Shown: piece after piece, positions 62,701-64,000 of the stretch | Numbering within the stretch: position 1 is the stretch's first letter | Layout of the letters: the number at the start of each line of letters is the position of its first letter | DNA from: Candidatus Multivoradales bacterium | Lineage (GTDB): Bacteria > Acidobacteriota > Thermoanaerobaculia > Multivoradales > J023 | Direction: 5' to 3' | DNA length: 64,000 bases | NCBI GenBank assembly: GCA_965248925.1 | Contig: CBDFLE010000006.1 | Coordinates: 32,001-96,000 of the forward strand | Program-made: the position numbers and the translations under genes | Notes under the pieces: model-generated | The model's database searches: none | The model's input: the letters and a program-made list of their open reading frames with translations, nothing else | What the model was told of the DNA's origin: nothing

Positions 62701-63342
62701 AGCCAAGCCAAAGGGATCGAGCATCGCCGCCAAGAACTGATCTTCGGTATCACTCAACAGGGTCTGAGAGACTCCCCAAGAAACCATCAGGGCGACCAGG
62801 CCGACATAGGTCGCCATCAGGCTCCGCGTCAAGCTGGCCAGGGAGAAGAAGATCGCACCGGCGATGAACAGATTGGGCAGCACTATCACCAGGATCGAAA
62901 ACAAGTAAGGCTGTAGCTGAAAAGCACCGAGCTGCTCTGGATCGAGCCAGGGCATGACGGCGCCTGCCACCAAGCCAAACAAGGCGCCGAGAAAAGTTGC
63001 CGCCGAGGCGGCGTAGGAACCAGCGAAGCGGCCCAACAAGTAGCGCTTCGGGGTCAGCCGGGTGGTGAAAAACAACGGCGCGGTCTGGTACTCAATATCT
63101 CGCACTGTCGAATTGGCCATGAAGGCGGTGGTGAGGAACAGGCCCAACACGCTGATCGAGGCCAACACCTGCAAAATCACAAATGGCGAATTGCGATGCA
63201 CATTGCCCGCAGCGCCGCCTACCGACACGCCGGTGTTGACGACAATCATGAAGGCCAGCAAGAAGAAAAAGAAGGTGGTGAACAGGAACAAGCCCTGCTT
63301 GCGTTGCTGCCGCCACTCGAAGAGAAAGACTTCCTTCAGCAT
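59725..63342 (-). CDS. ABC-2 permease fused to M1-family aminopeptidase
   Basis: Multi-TM N-terminal half; AQSF, HEVAHQWWG..E zinc motif, IHYRKG; start ATG 63342 after GAGGT. Confidence 0.92.
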   Translation of the reverse strand: MLKEVFLFEWRQQRKQGLFLFTTFFFFLLAFMIVVNTGVSVGGAAGNVHRNSPFVILQVLASISVLGLFLTTAFMANSTVRDIEYQTAPLFFTTRLTPKRYLLGRFAGSYAASAATFLGALFGLVAGAVMPWLDPEQLGAFQLQPYLFSILVIVLPNLFIAGAIFFSLASLTRSLMATYVGLVALMVSWGVSQTLLSDTEDQFLAAMLDPFGLAAISNTTRYWTVFDRNTLTPPLDGQLLWNRLLWMGLGLAMLLFAIYRFRYSTVLEGGAKKWRQRGQVAEDAAPTVAIDLHLPTAVPTYGFATRLLQLRRQVRIETGSVVRSVAFLVILLFGVANTVGNSANIGSFVGTDVLPVTYWMLTILGGSFLFLAPVILTFYAGELVWKERSLKLHEVYGALPVPNWVMVLAKAAALLMALVVVLGVGVLTAISIQLFQGYHQLELGLYFKGLIFGPGLTFALVLVLALFFQVFSKSKFVGYLLMMIYLISNIILGALDFDHNLYSFASPGLGTYSDMNGYGHFVARRFWFGLYWSLLAVAMLIAATAFWRRGTDSGWRSRWRAASSQIGPLTKLGLAASLAGFIAVGAFIFYNTNLLNKYVAGDVAEDRQAEFEKKYSHFKDRPVPKITDVRVEVEIYPEERRVEARGHYLLANKTDQSLDELHLSIGPNAEIGKLEIAGAELTEADELNGYYQYRLKEPLAPGATSRLDFEVSFDAQGFVNNGPVNQVVANGTFFNNRQFFPSLGYQAGGELQDRNKRRKAGLEPLERMPKIDDTFARRNHALSNDSDWVSFEATVSTSADQIAVTPGNLEREWRDGERRYFHYKMGVPMLNFYAFLSARYEVLRDQWRGPDGKEVKLEIFHHAGHEYNIDRMMEAIKQSLDYFGDQFSPFQFRQMRIFEFPRYASFAQSFANTVPFSESIGFIADLSDEDDLDYVFYVSAHEVAHQWWGHQVIPAAVQGSTMLIETMAQYSALMVMEKHYGRDKMRRFLKHELDRYLQSRGGELIEEQPLMLVENQAYIHYRKGSLVMYALRDYLGEEVLNGAIRSFVQKVAFQQPPYTTSAELIDEIRAVTPEHLQYVIEDLFETITLYENKVVEATYEELPDGRYKVQMELAARKLRADGQGQESEVPVADWIDVAVFSREKVDGKDEEKVLYFEKHHLTEATTQVELVVDAKPVEVGIDPYNKLIDRNPDDNRKKPELKEAA

Positions 63343-63352
63343 GACATTGACC

Positions 63353-64000
63353 TCAGGCCGCCACCGCCGCGTTAGCCTGACGGGCCTGCGGCAAGGTGGT
63401 GAAGTAGACATCGGCCAGATCGGGTGCCACCGGCTCGAAGTCCACTGCCGGGCACTCGTCGGCAAGAACGCGAATCTCCGTGCGGCCGGCGAACAGGCGG
63501 CTCGACAGCACCCGGTAGCGGTCGCGATAATCCGCCAGTTCTTGCTTCGCCACCACCCGCTTCCACACCTTGCCCTCGAGTCCGCCGATCGCCGTGGCGG
63601 GCTCGCCGGTGTGCCACACTTTGCCCTCGCCGAGGATCGCCATACGGCTGCACAGATCGCTGACATCTTCGACAATGTGAGTCGACAAGATCACCACCAC
63701 CTGCTCGCCGATTTCTGCCAAGAGATTGAGAAAACGCGCCCGTTCCTCCGGATCTAGACCAGCGGTCGGCTCGTCGACGATCACCAGCTTGGGCTCGCCG
63801 AGCAACGCCTGTGCAATGCCAAACCGCTGCTTCATGCCACCTGAGAAAGTGCCCAACCGCTTCTTGCGATGCTGGTGCAGATTGGTCTGGTGGAGCAGCG
63901 CATCGACCAGCGCCATGCGCTCTTTACGCCGGGTAAGACCCTTGAGTACCGCGAAATGGTTGAGCATCGCCTCGGCACTGATTTTCGGGTAGACGCCGAA
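63353..64000 (-). CDS. ABC transporter ATP-binding protein (5' end outside the window)
   Basis: FSGGMKQR signature, IVDEPTAGLDP, LSTHIVED. Confidence 0.93.
   Translation of the reverse strand, partial: FGVYPKISAEAMLNHFAVLKGLTRRKERMALVDALLHQTNLHQHRKKRLGTFSGGMKQRFGIAQALLGEPKLVIVDEPTAGLDPEERARFLNLLAEIGEQVVVILSTHIVEDVSDLCSRMAILGEGKVWHTGEPATAIGGLEGKVWKRVVAKQELADYRDRYRVLSSRLFAGRTEIRVLADECPAVDFEPVAPDLADVYFTTLPQARQANAAVAA

Noticed and set aside
59725-63342. ABC permease-M1 peptidase fusion as novel
   Set aside because: A known, widespread architecture beside its ATPase gene.

Overview
A GC-rich bacterial chromosomal segment, most likely Acidobacteriota (Thermoanaerobaculia-like). This is inferred from the ADOP-type permease, the VWFA-related protein, the ECF/Ser-Thr kinase pairs and the 'CTIDNVPAATLLLPYFEVD' secreted family. 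Housekeeping genes (parE, aat, lepA, hemW, mnmA, Na/Pi symporter plus PhoU-like, transporters) are interleaved with accessory signalling and conflict modules. Highlights: (1) a four-gene operon encoding a small secreted Cys peptide, a secreted protein, a receptor-type WD40-Ig-TM-class III nucleotide cyclase and a WD40 lipoprotein, lying between a decayed IS701 and a beheaded antitoxin; (2) an ECF sigma/STK pair whose two flanking small genes share a GATGATCA-N16-ACGAG(G/T)GTT promoter; (3) an unannotated ~270-nt transcript with a sigma70-like promoter, a near-perfect SD, a 12-codon ORF, nested hairpins and a terminator; (4) a TIR domain fused to a catalytically degenerate NAL1/trypsin-like protease, lying with a vapBC pair between lepA and hemW, plus an intact NAL1-like protease beside a wHTH-kinase-TPR sensor; (5) a direct duplication of a 448-codon secreted-protein gene with conserved leader and terminator, one copy carrying a Trp-to-amber stop. 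Several genes show single apparently inactivating changes. No rRNA, tRNA or CRISPR array was seen. All family calls come from motif recognition by eye, not database searches.
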